This document shows, piece by piece, positions 27,637-43,355 of a stretch of 64,000 nt of DNA (within the stretch, counting starts at the first letter, position 1; every line of letters begins with the position of its first letter). The DNA comes from the human T2T-CHM13v2.0 reference genome, Homo sapiens, in NCBI GenBank assembly GCA_009914755.4, contig CP068257.2, positions 640,001-704,000 of the forward strand. The letters run 5' to 3'. Below the pieces are notes generated by a model. That model was not told the origin of the DNA. It searched no databases and was given only the letters and a program-made list of their open reading frames with translations. Position numbers and translations under genes: made by a program.

Positions 27637-29610
27637 TGACATATCTCTGCAGTAATCATCCAAGTGATGTAACCCTTGTCTAGGATCTGCCTAAATTAAC
27701 TTTGTGACATAACCGTGTACTGATCATCCAGGTGATGGGGCTTTTGTCTAGGCTCTGCCTAAGGGGGCATTGTGACATATTTCTGCATTGATCACCCAGG
27801 TGGCGAACTCTTCTCTTGGATCTGCCTATGGGGGCATTGTGACAAATCTCTGCACTGATCACCCAGGTGATGTAACTGTTGTGTAATCTCTGCCTACAGG
27901 GGAATTGTGAGAGATCTCGCCACTGATCACCCAAGTGATGTAACCATTTTCTAGGCTTTGCGTACAGTGGGCTTTGTGACATACATTTGCACTGATCACC
28001 AAGGTGATGTAACACATCTAAGTTCGGCCTAAAGGAGCTTTGTGACATATGTCTGCACTGATCACTTAGGTGATGGAACACTTTTATAAGCACTGCCTAC
28101 AGGGAATTTTGACAAATCTCTGCACTGATCACCTAGGTGATGTAACGCTTGTCTACCCTCTGTCCAACGGGGCATTGTGAAATATCTCTGCACTGATCAC
28201 CCAGGTGATTCAACTCTTGACTAGGATCTGCCTACAGAGGTTATTGTGAAATATCTCTGCACTGATAAACTAGGTGGTGTAATACTTATCGAAGCTCTGC
28301 CTACAGGGGCGTTTTCACATATCCCTGAAGTGATGACAAAGGTGATGTAACTCTTGCCTAGGCTTTGCCTACAGGGGACATAGGACATATATCTGCACTG
28401 ATCACCCAGGTGATGCAACTCTAGCCTAGGCTTTGCCTACAGGGGACATTGTGACATATCGCTTCAATGATCACCCATGTGATGCAACTCTTTCCTTGGC
28501 TTTGCCTACAGGGGACATTGTGACATATCTCTGCACTGATCTCCCAGGTGCTGTAACATTAGTCTAGACTCTGGCTACACGGCATTGTGACATATCACTG
28601 CACTGATCAACCAGGTGATATAACTCTTGTCTAGGCCCTGCCTACAGGGGGCTTGTGACATATCTCTGCACTGATCACCCAGGTGATATAACTCTTCTCT
28701 AGGATCTGCCTACAGGGTGCTTTGTGACATATCCCTGCAATGATCACCCAGGTGATCTAACTCTTGTTTAAGCTCTGCCTAAAGGGGCATTTTGACAGAT
28801 CTCTGCACTGATCACTCAGGTGATGTAACTGTTGTCTGGGCTCTGCTTAAAGGGGCCTTGTCACATACCTCTGCACTGATCACCCAGGTGATGTAACTCT
28901 TGTCTAGCCTCTGCTTTCACGGCATATTGTGACATATCTATGCGCTGATCACCTTAGTGATGTAACACTTGTGTAGGCTCGGCCTACAGGGGAATATTGA
29001 CATATCTCTGCACTGTTAACCGAGGTGATTTAACGCTTGTCTGGGCTGTGCCCACAGGGTTATTGAGACATATCTCTGCACTGATCCCGAGGTGATCCAA
29101 CTGTTGCCTGGTCCCTGCCTACTGGGGACATTGTGACATATCTCTGCACTGATCTCCCAGGTGCTGTAACTTTAGTCTAGGCTCTGGCTACACGGCATTG
29201 TGACATATCACTGCACTGATCACCCAGGTGATATAAATCTTGTCTAGGCTCTGCCTACAATGGCCTTGTGACATATCTCTGCACTGATCACCCAGGTGAT
29301 ATAACTCTTCTCTAGGATCTGACCACAGGGTGCTTTGTGGCATTTCCCTGCAATGATCACCCAGGTGATATACCACTTGCCAAGGCTCTGCCTACAGGGG
29401 CATTGCAATGTATCTCTGCACTGATCACCTCGGTCTTGTAACTCTTTTCTAGGATCTGCCCACATGGTGCCTTGTGACGTATCCCAGCAAGGATTACCCA
29501 GGTGATGTACCACTCATCAAGGCTCTGCCTACAGGCACATTGCGATGTATCTCTGCACTGATCACCTAGGTCATGTAACTTTTGTCTAGGCTCTGCCTAC
29601 GATGGCATTG
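27637..29610. repeat. HOR copy 15: canonical, 1974 bp.
   Basis: Anchor spacing is 1974. Confidence 0.9.
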
Positions 29611-31583
29611 TGACATATCTCTGCACTAATCATCCAAGTGATGTAACCCTTGTCTAGGATCTGCCTAAATTAACTTTGTGACATAACCCTGTACTGATCA
29701 TCCAGGTGATGGGGCTTTTGTCTAGGCTCTGCCTAAGGGGGCATTGTGACATATTTCTGCATTGATCACCCAGGTGGCGAACTCTTCTCTTGGATCTGCC
29801 TATGGGGGCATTGTGACAAATCTCTGCACTGATCACCCAGGTGATGTAACTGTTGTGTAACCTCTGCCTACAGGGGAATTGTGAGAGATCTCGCCACTGA
29901 TCACCCAAGTGATGTAACCATTGTCTAGGGTTTGCGTACAGGGTGCTTTGTGACATACCTTTGCACTGATCACCCAGGTGATGTAACACATCTAAGTTCG
30001 GCCTAAAGGAGCTTTGTGACATATCTCTGCACTGATCACTTAGGTGATGGAACACTTTTATAAGCACTGCCTACAGGGAATTTTGACAAATCTCTGCACT
30101 GATCACCTACCTGATGTAACGCTTGTCTACCCTCTGTCCAACGGGGCATTGTGAAATATCTCTGCACTGATCACCCAGGTGATTCAACTCTTGACTAGGA
30201 TCTGCCTACAGAGGTTATTGTGAAATATCTCTGCACTGATAAACTAGGTGGTGTAATCCTTATCGAAGCTCTGCCTACAGGGGCGTTTTCACATATCCGT
30301 GAAGTGATGACAAAGGTGATGTAACCGTTGCCTAGGCTTTGCCTACAGGGGACATAGGACATATATCTGCACTGATCACCCAGGTGATGCAACTCTAGCC
30401 TAGGCTTTGCCTACAGGGGACATTGTGACATATCGCTTCAATGATCACCCATGTGATGCAAATCTTGCCTAGCCTTTGCCTACAGGGGACATTGTGACAT
30501 ATCTCTGCACTGATCTCCCAGGTGCTGTAACATTAGCCTAGACTCTGGCTACACGGCATTGTGACATATCACTGCACTGATCAACCAGGTGATATAACTC
30601 TTGTCTAGGCCCTGCCTACAGGGGGCTTGTGACATATCTCTGCACTGATCACCCAGGTGATATAACTCTTCTCTAGGATCTGCCTACAGGGTGCTTTGCG
30701 ACATATCCCTGCAATGATCACCCAGGTGATCTAACTCTTGTTTAAGCTCTGCCTAAAGGGGCATTGTGACAGACCTCTGCACTGATCACTCAGGTGATGT
30801 AACTATTGTCTAGGCTCTGCTTAAAGGGCCTTGTCACATACCTCTGCACTGATCACCCAGGTGATGTAACTCTTGTCTAGCCTCTGCATTCAGGGCATAT
30901 TGTGACATATCCATGCGCTGATCACCTTAGTGATGTAACACTTGTGTAGGCTCGGCCTACAGGGGAATATTGACATATCTCTGCACTGTTAACCGAGGTG
31001 ATTTAAATCTTGTCTAGGCTGTGCCCACAGGGGGATTGAGACATGTCTCTGCACTGATCCCGAGGTGATCCAACTGTTGCCTGGTCTCTGCCTACTGGGG
31101 ACATTGTGACATATCTCTGCACTGATCTCCCAGGTGCTGTAACTTTAGTCTAGGTTCTGGCTACACGGCATTGTGACATATCACTGCACTGATCACCCAG
31201 GAGAGATAAATCTTGTCTAGGCTCTGCCTACAATGGCCTTGTGACATATCTCTGCACTGATCACCCAGGTGATATAACTCTTCTCTAGGATCTGACCACA
31301 GGGTGCTTTGTGGCATTTCCCTGCAATGATCACCCAGGTGATATACCACTTGCCAAGGCTCTGCCTACAGGGGCATTGCAATGTATCTCTGCACTGATCA
31401 CCTCGGTCTTGTAACTCTTTTCTAGGATCTGCCCACAGGGTGCCTTGTGATGTATCCCAGCAGGGATTACCCAGGTGATGTACCTCTCATCAAGGCTCTG
31501 CCTACAGGCACATTGCGATGTATCTCTGCACTGATCACCTAGGTCATGTAACTTTTGTCTAGGCTCTGCCTACGATGGCATTG
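29611..31583. repeat. HOR copy 16: 1973 bp, with a 1-bp deletion.
   Basis: At about 30827, gggg becomes ggg (ttaaagggcc). The variant cacccaggagagataaatc is shared with copies 26 and 31. Confidence 0.88.
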
Positions 31584-33488
31584 TGACATATCTCTGCACT
31601 AATCATCCAAGTGATGTAACCCTTGTCTAGGATCTGCCTAAATTAACTTTGTGACATAACCCTGTACTGATCATCCAGGTGATGGGGCTTTTGTCTAGGC
31701 TCTGCCTAAGGGGGCATTGTGACATATTTCTGCATTGATCACCCAGGTGGCGAACTCTTCTCTTGGATCTGCCTATGGGGGCATTGTGAGAAATCTCTGC
31801 ACTGATCACCCAGGTGATGTAACTGTTGTGTAACCTCTGCCTACAGGGGAATTGTGAGAGATCTCGCCACTGATCACCCAAGTGATGTAACCATTGTCTA
31901 GGCTTTGCGTACAGGGGGCTTTGTGACATACCTTTGCACTGATCACCCAGGTGATGTAACACATCTAAGTTCGGCCTAAAGGAGCTTTGTGACATATCTC
32001 TGCACTGATCACTTAGGTGATGGAACACTTTTATAAGCACTGCCTACAGGGAATTTTGACAAATCTCTGCACTGATCACCTAGGTGATGTAACGCTTGTC
32101 TACCCTCTGTCCAACGGGGCATTGTGAAATATCTCTGCACTGATCACCCAGGTGATTCAACTCTTGACTAGGATCTGCCTACAGAGGTTATTGTGAAATA
32201 TCTCTGCACTGATAAACTAGGTGGTGTAATCCTTATCGAAGCTCTGCCTACAGGGGCGTTTTCACATATCCCTGAAGTGATGACAAAGGTGATGTAACTC
32301 TTGCCTAGGCTTTGCCTACAGGGGACATAGGACATATATCTGCACTGATCACCCAGGTGATGCAACTGTAGCCTAGGCTTTGCCTACAGGGGACATTGTG
32401 ACATATCGCTTCAATGATCACCCATGTGATGCAACTCTTGCCTAGGCTTTGCCTACAGGGGACATTGTGACATATCTCAGCACTGATGTCCCAGGTGCTT
32501 TAACATTAGTCTAGACTCTGGCTACACGGCATTGTGACATATCACTGCACTGATCAACCAGGTGATATAACTCTTGTCTAGGCTCTGCCTACAGGGGGCT
32601 TGTGACATATCCCTGCAATGATCACCCAGGTGATCTAACTCTTGTTTAAGCTCTGCCTAAAGGGGCATTGTGACAGATCTCTGCACTGATCACTCAGGTG
32701 ATGTAACTATTGTCTAGGCTCTGCTTCAAGGGGCCTTGTCACATACCTCTGCACTGATCACCCAGGTGATGTAACTCTTGTCTAGCCTCTGCTTTCACGG
32801 CATATTGTGACATATCCATGCGCTGATCACCTTAGTGATGTAACACTTGTGTAGGCTCGGCCTACAGGGGAATATTGACATATCTCTGCACTGTTAACCG
32901 AGGTGATTTAACTCTTGTCTAGGCTGTGCCCACAGGGGGATTGAGACATGTCTCTGCACTGATCCCGAGGTGATCCAACTGTTGCCTGGTCTCTGCCTAC
33001 TGGGGACATTGTGACATATCTCTGCACTGATCTCCCAGGTGCTGTAACTTTAGTCTAGGCTCTGGCTACACGGCATTGTGACATATCACTGCACTGATCA
33101 CCCAGGTGATATAAATGTTGTCTAGGCTCTGCCTACAATGGCCTTGTGACATATCTCTGCACTGATCACCCAGGTGATATAACTCTTCTCTAGGATCTGA
33201 CCACAGGGTGCTTTGTGGCATTTCCCTGCAATGATCACCCAGGTGATATACCACTTGCCAAGGCTCTGCCTACAGGGGCATTGCAATGTATCTCTGCACT
33301 GATCACCTCGGTCTTGTAACTCTTTTCTAGGATCTGCGCAGAGGGTGCCTTGTGACGTATCCCAGCAAGGATTACCCAGGTGATGTACCTCTCATCAAGG
33401 CTCTGCCTACAGGCACATTGCGATGTATCTCTGCACTGATCACCTAGGTCATGTAACTTTTGTCTAGGCTCTGCCTACAATGGCATTG
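31584..33488. repeat. HOR copy 17: 28-monomer D1 deletion variant, 1905 bp.
   Basis: One monomer is missing at the junction gggggcttg|tgacatatccctgcaatg at about 32603-32611. The linked variants ggctctgcc and atctcagcactgatgtccc are present. Confidence 0.88.
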
Positions 33489-35461
33489 TGACATGTCTCT
33501 GCAGTAATCATACAAGTGATGTAACACTTGTCTAGGATCTGCCTTAATTAACTTTGTGACATAACCCTGTACTGATCATCCAGGTGATGGGGCTTTTGTC
33601 TAGGCTCTGCCTAAGGGGGCATTGTGACATATTTCTGCATTGATCACCCAGGTGGCGAACTCTTCTCCTGGATCTGCCTATGGGGGCATTGTGACAAATC
33701 TCTGCTCTGATCACCCAGGGGATGTAAGTGTTGTGTAACCTCTGCCTACAGGGGAATTGTGAGAGAACTCGCCACTGATCACCCAAGTGATGTAACCATT
33801 GTCTAGGCTTTGCGTACAGGGGGCTTTGTGACATACCTTTGCACTGATCACCCAGGTGATGTAACACATCTAAGTTCGGCCTAAAGGAGCTTTGTGACAT
33901 ATCTCTGCACTGATCACTTAGGTGATGGAACACTTTTATAAGCACTGCCTACAGGGAATTTCGACAAATCTCTGCACTGATCACCTAGGTGATGTAACGC
34001 TTGTCTACCCTCTGTCCAACGGGGCATTGTGAAATATCTCTGCACTGATCACCCAGGTGATTCAACTCTTGACTAGGATCTGCCTACAGAGGTTATTGTG
34101 AAATATCTCTGCACTGATAAACTAGGTGGTGTAATCCTTATCGAAGCTCTGCCTACAGGGCGTTTTCACATATCCCTGAAGTGATGACAAAGGTGATGTA
34201 ACTCTTGCCTAGGCTTTGCCTACAGGGGACATAGGACATATATCTGCACTGATCACCCAGGTGATGCAACTCTAGCCTAGGCTTTGCCTACAGGGGACAT
34301 TGTGACATATCGCTTCAGTGATCACCCATGTGATGCAACTCTTGCCTTGGCTTTGCCTACAGGGCACATTGTGACATATCTCTGCACTGATCTCCCAGGT
34401 GCTATAACATTAGTCTAGACTCTGGCTACACGGCATTGTGACATATCACTGCACTGATCAACCAGGTGATATAACACTTGTCTAGGCCCTGCCTACAGGG
34501 GGCTTGTGACATATCTCTGCACTGATCACCCACGTGATATAACTCTTCTCTAGGATCTGCCTACAGGGTGCTTTGTGACATATCCCTGCAATGATCACCC
34601 AGGTGATCTAACTCTGGTTTTAGCTCTGCCTAAAGGGTCATTGTGACAGATCTCTGCACTGATCACTCAGGTGATGTAACTATTGTCTAGGCTCTGCTTA
34701 AAGGGGCCTTGTCACATACCTCTGCACTGATCACCCATGTGATGTAACTCTTGTCTAGCCTCTGCTTTCACGGCATATTGTGACATATCCATGCGCTGAT
34801 CACCTTAGTGATGTAACACTTGTGTAGGCTCGGCCTATAGGGGAATATTGACATATCTCTGCACTGTTAACCGAGGTGATTTAACTCTTGTCTAGGCTGT
34901 GCCCACAGGGGGATTGAGACATATCTCTGCACTGATCCCGAGGTGATCCAACTGTTGCCTGGTCTCTGCCTACTGGGGACATTGTGACATATCTCTGCAC
35001 TGATCTCCCAGGTGCTGTAACTTTAGTCTAGGCTCTGGCTACACGGCATTGTGACATATCAGTGCACTGACCACCCAGGTGATATAAATCTTGTCTAGGC
35101 TCTGCCTACAATGGCCTTGTGACATATCTCTGCACTGATCACCCAGGTGATATAACTCTTCTCTAGGATCTGACCACAGGGTGCTTTGTGGCATTTCCCT
35201 GCAATGATCACCCAGGTGATATACCACTTGCCAAGGCTCTGCCTACAGGGGCATTGCCATGTATCTCTGCACTGATCACCTCGGTCTTGTAACTCTTTTC
35301 TAGGATCTGCGCACAGGGTGCCTTGTGACGTATCCCAGCAAGGATTACCCAGGTGATGTACCTCTCATCAAGGCTCTGCCTACAGGCACATTGCGATGTA
35401 TCTCTGCACTGATCACCTAGGTCATGTAACTTTTGTCTAGGCTCTACCTACGATGGCATTG
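33489..35461. repeat. HOR copy 18: 1973 bp, with a 1-bp deletion.
   Basis: At about 34159 the sequence reads cctacagggcgttttc. The head resembles copy 13 (gccttaattaac). Confidence 0.88.
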
Positions 35462-37434
35462 TGACATGTCTCTGCAGTAATCATCCAAGTGATGTTACAC
35501 TTGTCTAGGATCTGCCTTAATTAACTTTGTGACATAACCCTGTACTGATCATCCAGGTGATGGGGCTTTTGTCTAGGCTCTGCCTAAGGGGGCATTGTGA
35601 CATATTTCTGAATTGATCACCCAGGTGGCGAACTCTTCTCTTGGATCTGCCTATGGGGGCATTGTGACAAATCTCTGCACTGATCACCCAGGTGATGTAA
35701 CTGTTGTGTAACCTCTCCTACAGGGGAATTGTGAGAGATCTCTCCACTGATCACCCAAGTGATGTAACCATTGTCTAGGCTTTGCGTACAGGGGGCTTTG
35801 TGACATACCTTTGCACTGATCACCCAGGTGATGTAACACATCTAAGTTCGGCCTAAAGGAGCTTTGTGACATATCTCTGCACTGATCACTTAGCTGATGG
35901 AACACTTTTATAAGCACTGCCTACAGGGAATTTTGACAAATCTCTGCACTGATCACCTAGGTGATGTAACGCTTGTCTACCCTCTGTCCAACGGGGCATT
36001 GTGAAATATCTCTGCACTGATCACCCAGGTGATTCAACTCTTGACTAGGATCTGCCTACAGAGGTTATTGTGAAATATCTCTGCACTGATAAACTAGGTG
36101 GTGTAATCCTTATCGAAGCTCTGCCTACAGGGGCGTTTTCACATATCCCTGAAGTGATGACAAAGGTGATGTAACTCTTGCCTAGGCTTTGCCTACAGGG
36201 GACATAAGACATATATCTGCACTGATCACCCAGGTGATGCAACTCTAGCCTAGGCTTTGCCTACAGGGGACATTGTGACATATCGCTTCAGTGATCACCC
36301 ATGTGATGCAACTCTTGCCTTGGCTTTGCCTACAGGGCACATTGTGACAGAACTCTGCACTGATCTCCCAGGTGCTGTAACATTATTCTAGACTCTGGCT
36401 ACACGGCATTGTGACATATCACTGCACTGATCAACCAGGTGATATAACTCTTGTCTAGGCCCTGCCTACAGGGGGCTTGTGACATATCTCTGCACTGATC
36501 ACCCAGGTGATATAACTCTTCTCAAGGATCTGCCTACAGGGTGCTTTGTGACATATCCCTGCAATGATCACCCAGGTGATCTAACTCTGGTTTAAGCTTT
36601 GCCTAAAGGGTCATTGTGACAGATCTCTGCACTGATCACTCAGCTGATGTAACTATTGTCTAGGCTCTGCTTAAAGGGGCCTTGTCACATACCTCTGCAC
36701 TGATCACCCAGGTGATATAACTCTTGTCTAGCCTCTGCTTTCAGGGCATATTGTGACATATCCATGCGCTAATCACCTTAGTGATGTAACACTTGTGTAG
36801 GCTCGGCCTATAGGGGAATATTGACATATCTCTGCACTGTTAACCGAGGTGATTTAACTCTTGTCTAGGCTGTGCCCACAGGGGGATTGAGACATATATC
36901 TGCACTGATCCCGAGGTGATCCAACTGTTTCCTGGTCTCTGCCTACTGGGGATATTGTGACATATCTCTGCACTGATCTCCCAGGTGCTGTAACTTTAGT
37001 CTAGGCTCTGGCTACACGGCATTGTGACATATCACTGCACTGAACACCCAGGTGATATAAATCTTTTCTAGGCTCTGCCTACAATGGCCTTGTTACATAT
37101 CTCTGCACTGATCACCCAGGTGATATAACTCTTCTCTAGGATCTGACCACAGGGTGCTTTGTGGCATTTCCCTGCAATGATCACCCAGGTGATATACCAC
37201 TTGCCAAGGCTCTGCCTACAGGGGCATTGCAATGTATCTCTGCACTGATCACCTCGGTCTTGTAACTCTTTTCTAGGATCTGCCCACAGGGTGCCTTGTG
37301 ACGTATCGCAGCAAGGATTACCCAGGTGATGTACCTCTCATCAAGGCTCTGCCTACAGGCACATTGCGATGTATCTCTGCACTGATCACCTAGGTCATGT
37401 AACTTTCGTCTAGGCTCTGCCTACGATGGCATTG
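35462..37434. repeat. HOR copy 19: 1973 bp, 1-bp-deletion subfamily.
   Basis: At about 35716, acctctgcctac becomes acctctcctac, together with atctctccactg. Copies 20, 28 and 29 carry the same changes. The head resembles copies 13 and 18. Confidence 0.88.
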
Positions 37435-39407
37435 TGACATATCTCTGCACTAATCATCCAAGTGATGTAACCCTTGTCTAGGATCTGCCTAAATTAACTT
37501 TGTGACATAACCCTGTACTGATCATCCAGGTGATGGGGCTTTTGTCTAGGCTCTGCCTAAGGGGGCATTGTGACATATTTCTGCATTGATCACCCAGGTG
37601 GCGAACTCTTCTCTTGGATCTGCCTATGGGGGCATTGTGACAAATCTCTGCACTGATCACCCAGGTGATGTAACTGTTGTGTAACCTCTCCTACAGGGGA
37701 ATTGTGAGAGATCTCTCCACTGATCACCCAAGTGATGTAACCATTGTCTAGGCTTTGCGTACAGGGGGCTTTGTGACATACCTTTGCACTGATCACCCAG
37801 GTGATGTAACACATCTAAGTTCGGCCTAAAGGAGCTTTGTGACATATCTCTGCACTGATCACTTAGGTGATGGAACACTTTTATAAGCACTGCCTACAGG
37901 GAATTTTGACAAATCTCTGCACTGATCACCTAGGTGATGTAACGCTTGTCTACCCTCTGTCCAACGGGGCATTGTGAAATATCTCTGCACTGATCACCCA
38001 GGTGATTCAACTCTTGACTAGGATCTGCCTACAGAGGTTATTGTGAAATATCTCTGCACTGATAAACTAGGTGGTGTAATCCTTATCGAAGCTCTGCCTA
38101 CAGGGGCGTTTTCACATATCCCTGAAGTGATGACAAAGGTGATGTAACTCTTGCCTAGGCTTTGCCTACAGGGGACATAGGACATATATCTGCACTGATC
38201 ACCCAGGTGATGCAACTCTAGCCTAGGCTTTGCCTACAGGGGACATTGTGACATATCGCTTCAGTGATCACCCATGTGATGCAACTCTTGCCTTGGCTTT
38301 GCCTACAGGGCACATTGTGACATAACTCTGCACTGATCTCCCAGGTGCTGTAACATTAGTCTAGACTCTGGCTACACGGCATTGTGACATATCACTGCAC
38401 TGATCAACCAGGTGATATAACTCTTGTCTAGGCCCTGCCTACAGGGGGCTTGTGACATATCTCTGCACTGATCACCCAGGTGATATAACTCTTCTCTAGG
38501 ATCTGCCTACAGGGTGCTTTGTGACATATCCCTGAAATGATCACCCAGGTGATCTAACTCTGGTTTAAGCTCTGCCTAAAGGGTCATTGTGACAGATCTC
38601 TGCACTGATCACTCAGGTGATGTAACTATTGTCTAGGCTCTGCTTCAAGGGGCCTTGTCACATACCTCTGCACTGATCACCCAGGTGATGTAACTCTTGT
38701 CTAGCCTCTGCTTTCACGGCATATTGTGACATATCCATGCGCTGACCACCTTAGTGATGTAACACTTGTGTAGGCTCGGCCTACAGGGGAATATTGACAT
38801 ATCTCTGCACTGTTAACCGAGGTGATTTAACTCTTGTCTAGGCTGTGCCCACAGGGGGATTGAGACATATCTCTGCACTGATCCCGAGGTGATCCAACTG
38901 TTGCCTGGTCTCTGCCTACTGGGGACATTGTGACATATCTCTGCACTGATCTCCCAGGTGCTGTAACTTTAGTCTAGGCTCTGGCTACACGGCATTGTGA
39001 CATATCACTGCACTGATCACCGAGGTGATATAAATCTTGTCTAGGCTCTGCCTACAATGGCCTTGTGACATATCTCTGCACTGATCACCCAGGTGATATA
39101 ACTCTTCTCTAGGATCTGACCACAGGGTGCTTTGTGGCATTTCCCTGCAATGATCACCCAGGTGATATACCACTTGCCAAGGCTCTGCCTACAGGGGCAT
39201 TGCAATGTATCTCTGCACTGATCACCTCGGTCTTGTAACTCTTTTCTAGGATCTGCCCACAGGGTGCCTTGTGACGTATCCCAGCAAGGATTACCCAGGT
39301 GATGTACCTCTCATCAAGGCTCTGCCTACAGGCACATTGCGATGTATCTCTGCACTGATCACCTAGGTCATGTAACTTTTGTCTAGGCTCTGCCTACGAT
39401 GGCATTG
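37435..39407. repeat. HOR copy 20: 1973 bp, same 1-bp-deletion subfamily.
   Basis: The deletion is at about 37689. The variants are the same as in copies 19, 28 and 29. Confidence 0.88.
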
Positions 39408-41381
39408 TGACATATCTCTGCAGTAATCATCCAAGTGATGTAACCCTTGTCTAGGATCTGCCTAAATTAACTTTGTGACATAACCCTGTACTGATCATCC
39501 AGGTGATGGGGCTTTTGTCTAGGCTCTGCCTGAGGGGGCATTGTGACATATTTCTGCATTGATCACCCAGGTGGCGAACTCTTCTCTTGGATCTGCCTAT
39601 GGGGGCATTGTGACAAATCTCTGCACTGATCACCCAGGTGATGTAACTGTTGTGTAACCTCTGCCTACAGGGGAATTGTGAGAGATCTCGCCACTGATCA
39701 CCCAAGTGATGTAACCATTGTCTAGGCTTTGCGTACAGGGGGCTTTGTGACATACCTTTGCACTGATCACCCAGGTGATGTAACACATCTAAGTTCGGCC
39801 TAAAGGAGCTTTGTGACATATCTCTGCACTGATCACTTAGGTGATGGAACACTTTTATAAGCACTGCCTACAGCGAATTTTGACAAATCTCTGCACTGAT
39901 CACCTAGGTGATGTAACGCTTGTCTACCCTCTGTCCAACGGGGCATTGTGAAATATCTCTGCACTGATCACCCAGGTGATTCAACTCTTGAGTAGGATCT
40001 GCCTACAGAGGTTATTGTGAAATATCTCTGCACTGATAAACTTGGTGGTGTAATCATTACCGAAGCTCTGCCTGCAGGGGCGTTTTCACATATCCCTGAA
40101 GTGATGACAAAGGTGATGTAACTCTTGCCTAGGCTTTGCCTACAGGGGACATAGGACATATATCTGCACTGATCACCCAGGTGATGCAACTCTAGCCTAG
40201 GCTTTGCCTACAGGGGACATTGTGACATATCGCTTCAATGATCACCCATGTGATGCAACTCTTGCCTAGGCTTTGCCTACAGGGGACATTGTGACATATC
40301 TCTGCACTGATCTCCCAGGTGCTGTAACATTAGTCTAGACTCTGGCTACACGGCATTGTGACATATCACTGCACTGATCAACCAGGTGTTATAACTCTTG
40401 TCTAGGCCCTGCCTACAGGGGGCTTGTGACATATCTCTGCACTGATCACCCAGGTGATATAACTCTTCTCTAGGATCTGCCTACAGGGTGCTTTGCGACA
40501 TATCCCTGCAATGATCACCCAGGTGATCTAACTCTTGTTTAAGCTCTGCCTAAAGGGGCCTTGTGACAGATCTCTGCACTGATCACTCAGGTGATGTAAC
40601 TATTGTCTAGGCTCTGCTTCAAGGGGCCTTGTCACATACCTCTGCACTGATCACCCAGGTGATGTAACTCTTCTCTAGCCTCTGCTTTCACGGCATATTG
40701 TGACATATCCATGCGCTGATCACCTTAGTGATGTAACACTTGTGTAGGCTCGGCCTACAGGGGAATATTGACATATCTCTGCACTGTTAACTGAGGTGAT
40801 TTAACTCTTGTCTAGGCTGTGCCCACAGGGGGATTGAGACATGTCTCTGCACTGATCCCGAGGTGATCCAACTGTTGCCTGGTCTCTGCCTACTGGGGAC
40901 ATTGTGACATATCTCTGCACTGATCTCCCAGGTGCTGTAACTTTAGTCTAGGCTCTGGCTACACGGCATTGTGACATATCACTGCACAGATCACCCAGGT
41001 GATATAAATCTTGTCTAGGCTCTGCCTACAATGGCCTTGTGACATATCTCTGCACTGATCACCCATGTGATATAACTCTTCTCTAGGATCTGACCACAGG
41101 GTGCTTTGTGGCATTTCCCTGCAATGATCACCCAGGTGATATACCACTTGCCAAGGCTCTGCCTACAGGGGCATTGCAATGTATCTCTGCACTGATCACC
41201 TCGGTCTTGTAACTCTTTTCTAGGATCTGCCCACAGGGTGCCTTGTGACGTATCCCAGCAAGGATTACCCAGGTGATGTACCTCTCATCAAGGCTCTGCC
41301 TACAGGCACATTGCGATGTATCTCTGCACTGATCACCTAGGTCATGTAACTTTCGTCTAGGCTCTGCCTACGATGGCATTG
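39408..41381. repeat. HOR copy 21: canonical length, 1974 bp.
   Basis: The variants cagcgaattttgac, cttgagtaggatc, aaacttggtggtgtaatcattaccgaagctctgcctgcagg and gtgttataactc are shared with copy 27. Confidence 0.9.
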
Positions 41382-43355
41382 TGACATATCTCTGCACTAA
41401 TCATCCAAGTGATGTAAACCTTGTCTAGGATCTGCCTAAATTAACTTTGTGACATAACCCTGTACTGATCATCCAGGTGATGGGGCTTTTGTCTAGGCTC
41501 TGCCTAAGGGGGTATTGTGACATATTTCTGCATTGATCACCCAGGTGGCGAACTCTTCTCTTGGATCTGCCTATGGGGGCAATTTGACAAATCTCTGCAC
41601 TGATCACCCAGGTGATGTAACTGTTGTGTAACCTCTGCCTACAGGGGAATTGTGAGAGATCTCGCCACTGATCACCCAAGTGATGTAACCATTGTCTAAG
41701 CTTTGCGTACAGGGGGCTTTGTGACATACCTTTGCACTGATCACCCAGGTGATGTAACACATCTAAGTTCGGCCTAAAGGAGCTTTGTGACATATCTCTG
41801 CACTGATCACTTAGGTGATGGAACACTTTTATAAGCACTGCCTACAGGGAATTTTGACAAATCTCTGCACTGATCACCTAGGTGATGTAACGCTTGTCTA
41901 CCCTCTGTCCAACGGGGCATTGTGAAATATCTCTGCACTGATCACCCAGGTGATTCAACTCTTGACTAGGATCTGCCTACAGAGGTTATTGTGAAATATC
42001 TCTGCACTGATAAACTAGGTGGTGTAATCCTTATCGAAGCTCTGCCTACAGGGGCGTTTTCACATATCCCTGAAGTGATGACAAAGGTGATGTAACTCTT
42101 GCCTAGGCTTTGCCTACAGGGGACATAGGACATATATCTGCACTGATCACCCAGGTGATGCAACTCTAGCCTAGGCTTTGCCTACAGGGGACATTGTGAC
42201 ATATCGCTTCAATGATCACCCATGTGATGCAACTCTTGCCTTGGCTTTGCCTACAGGGGACATTGTGACATATCTCTGCACTGATCTCCCAGGTGCTGTA
42301 ACATTAGTCTAGACTCTGGCTACACGGCATTGTGACATATCACTGCACTGATCAACCAGGTGATATAACTCTTGTCTAGGCCCTGCCTACAGGGGGCTTG
42401 TGACATATCTCTGCACTGATCACCCAGGTGATATAACTCTTCTCTAGGATCTGCCTACAGGGTGCTTTGTGACATATCCCTGCAATGATCACCCAGGTGA
42501 TCTAACTCTTGTTTAAGCTCTGCCTAAAGGGCCATTTTGACAGATCTCTGCACTGATCACTCAGGTGATGTAACTATTGTCGAGGCTCTGCTTAAAGGGG
42601 CCTTGTCACATACCTCTGCACTGATCACCCAGGTGATGTAACTCTTGTCTAGCCTCTGCTTTCACGGCATATTGTGACATATCCATGCGCTGATCACCTT
42701 AGTGATGTAACACTTGTGTAGGCTCGGCCTACAGGGGAATATTGACATATCTCTGCACTGTTAACCGAGGTGATTTAACTCTTGTCTAGGCTGTGCCCAC
42801 AGGGGGATTGAGACATATCTCTGCACTGATCCCGAGGTGATCCAACTGTTGCCTGGTCTCTGCCTACTGGGGACATTGTGACATATCTCTGCACTGATCT
42901 CCCAGGTGCTGTAACTTTAGTCTAGGCTCTGGCTACACGGCATTGTGACATATCACTGCACTGATCACCGAGGTGATATAAATCTTGTCTAGGCTCTGCC
43001 TACAATGGCCTTGTGACATATCTCTGCACTGATCACCCAGGTGATATAACTCTTCTCTAGGATCTGACCACAGGGTGCTTTGTGGCATTTCCCTGCAATG
43101 ATCACCCAGGTGATATACCACTTGCCAAGGCTCTGCCTACAGGGGCATTGCAATGTATCTCTGCACTGATCACCTCGGTCTTGTAACTCTTTTCTAGGAT
43201 CTGCCCACAGGGTGCCTTGTGACGTATCCCAGCAAGGATTACCCAGGTGATGTACCTCTCATCAAGGCTCTGCCTACAGGCACATTGCGATGTATCTCTG
43301 CACTGATCACCTAGGTCATGTAACTTTTGTCTAGGCTCTGCCTACGATGGCATTG
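41382..43355. repeat. HOR copy 22: canonical length, 1974 bp.
   Basis: The variants gtaaaccttg, gggggtattgtgac, ggcaatttgacaaatc and gtctaagctttgcg are shared with copy 24. Confidence 0.9.
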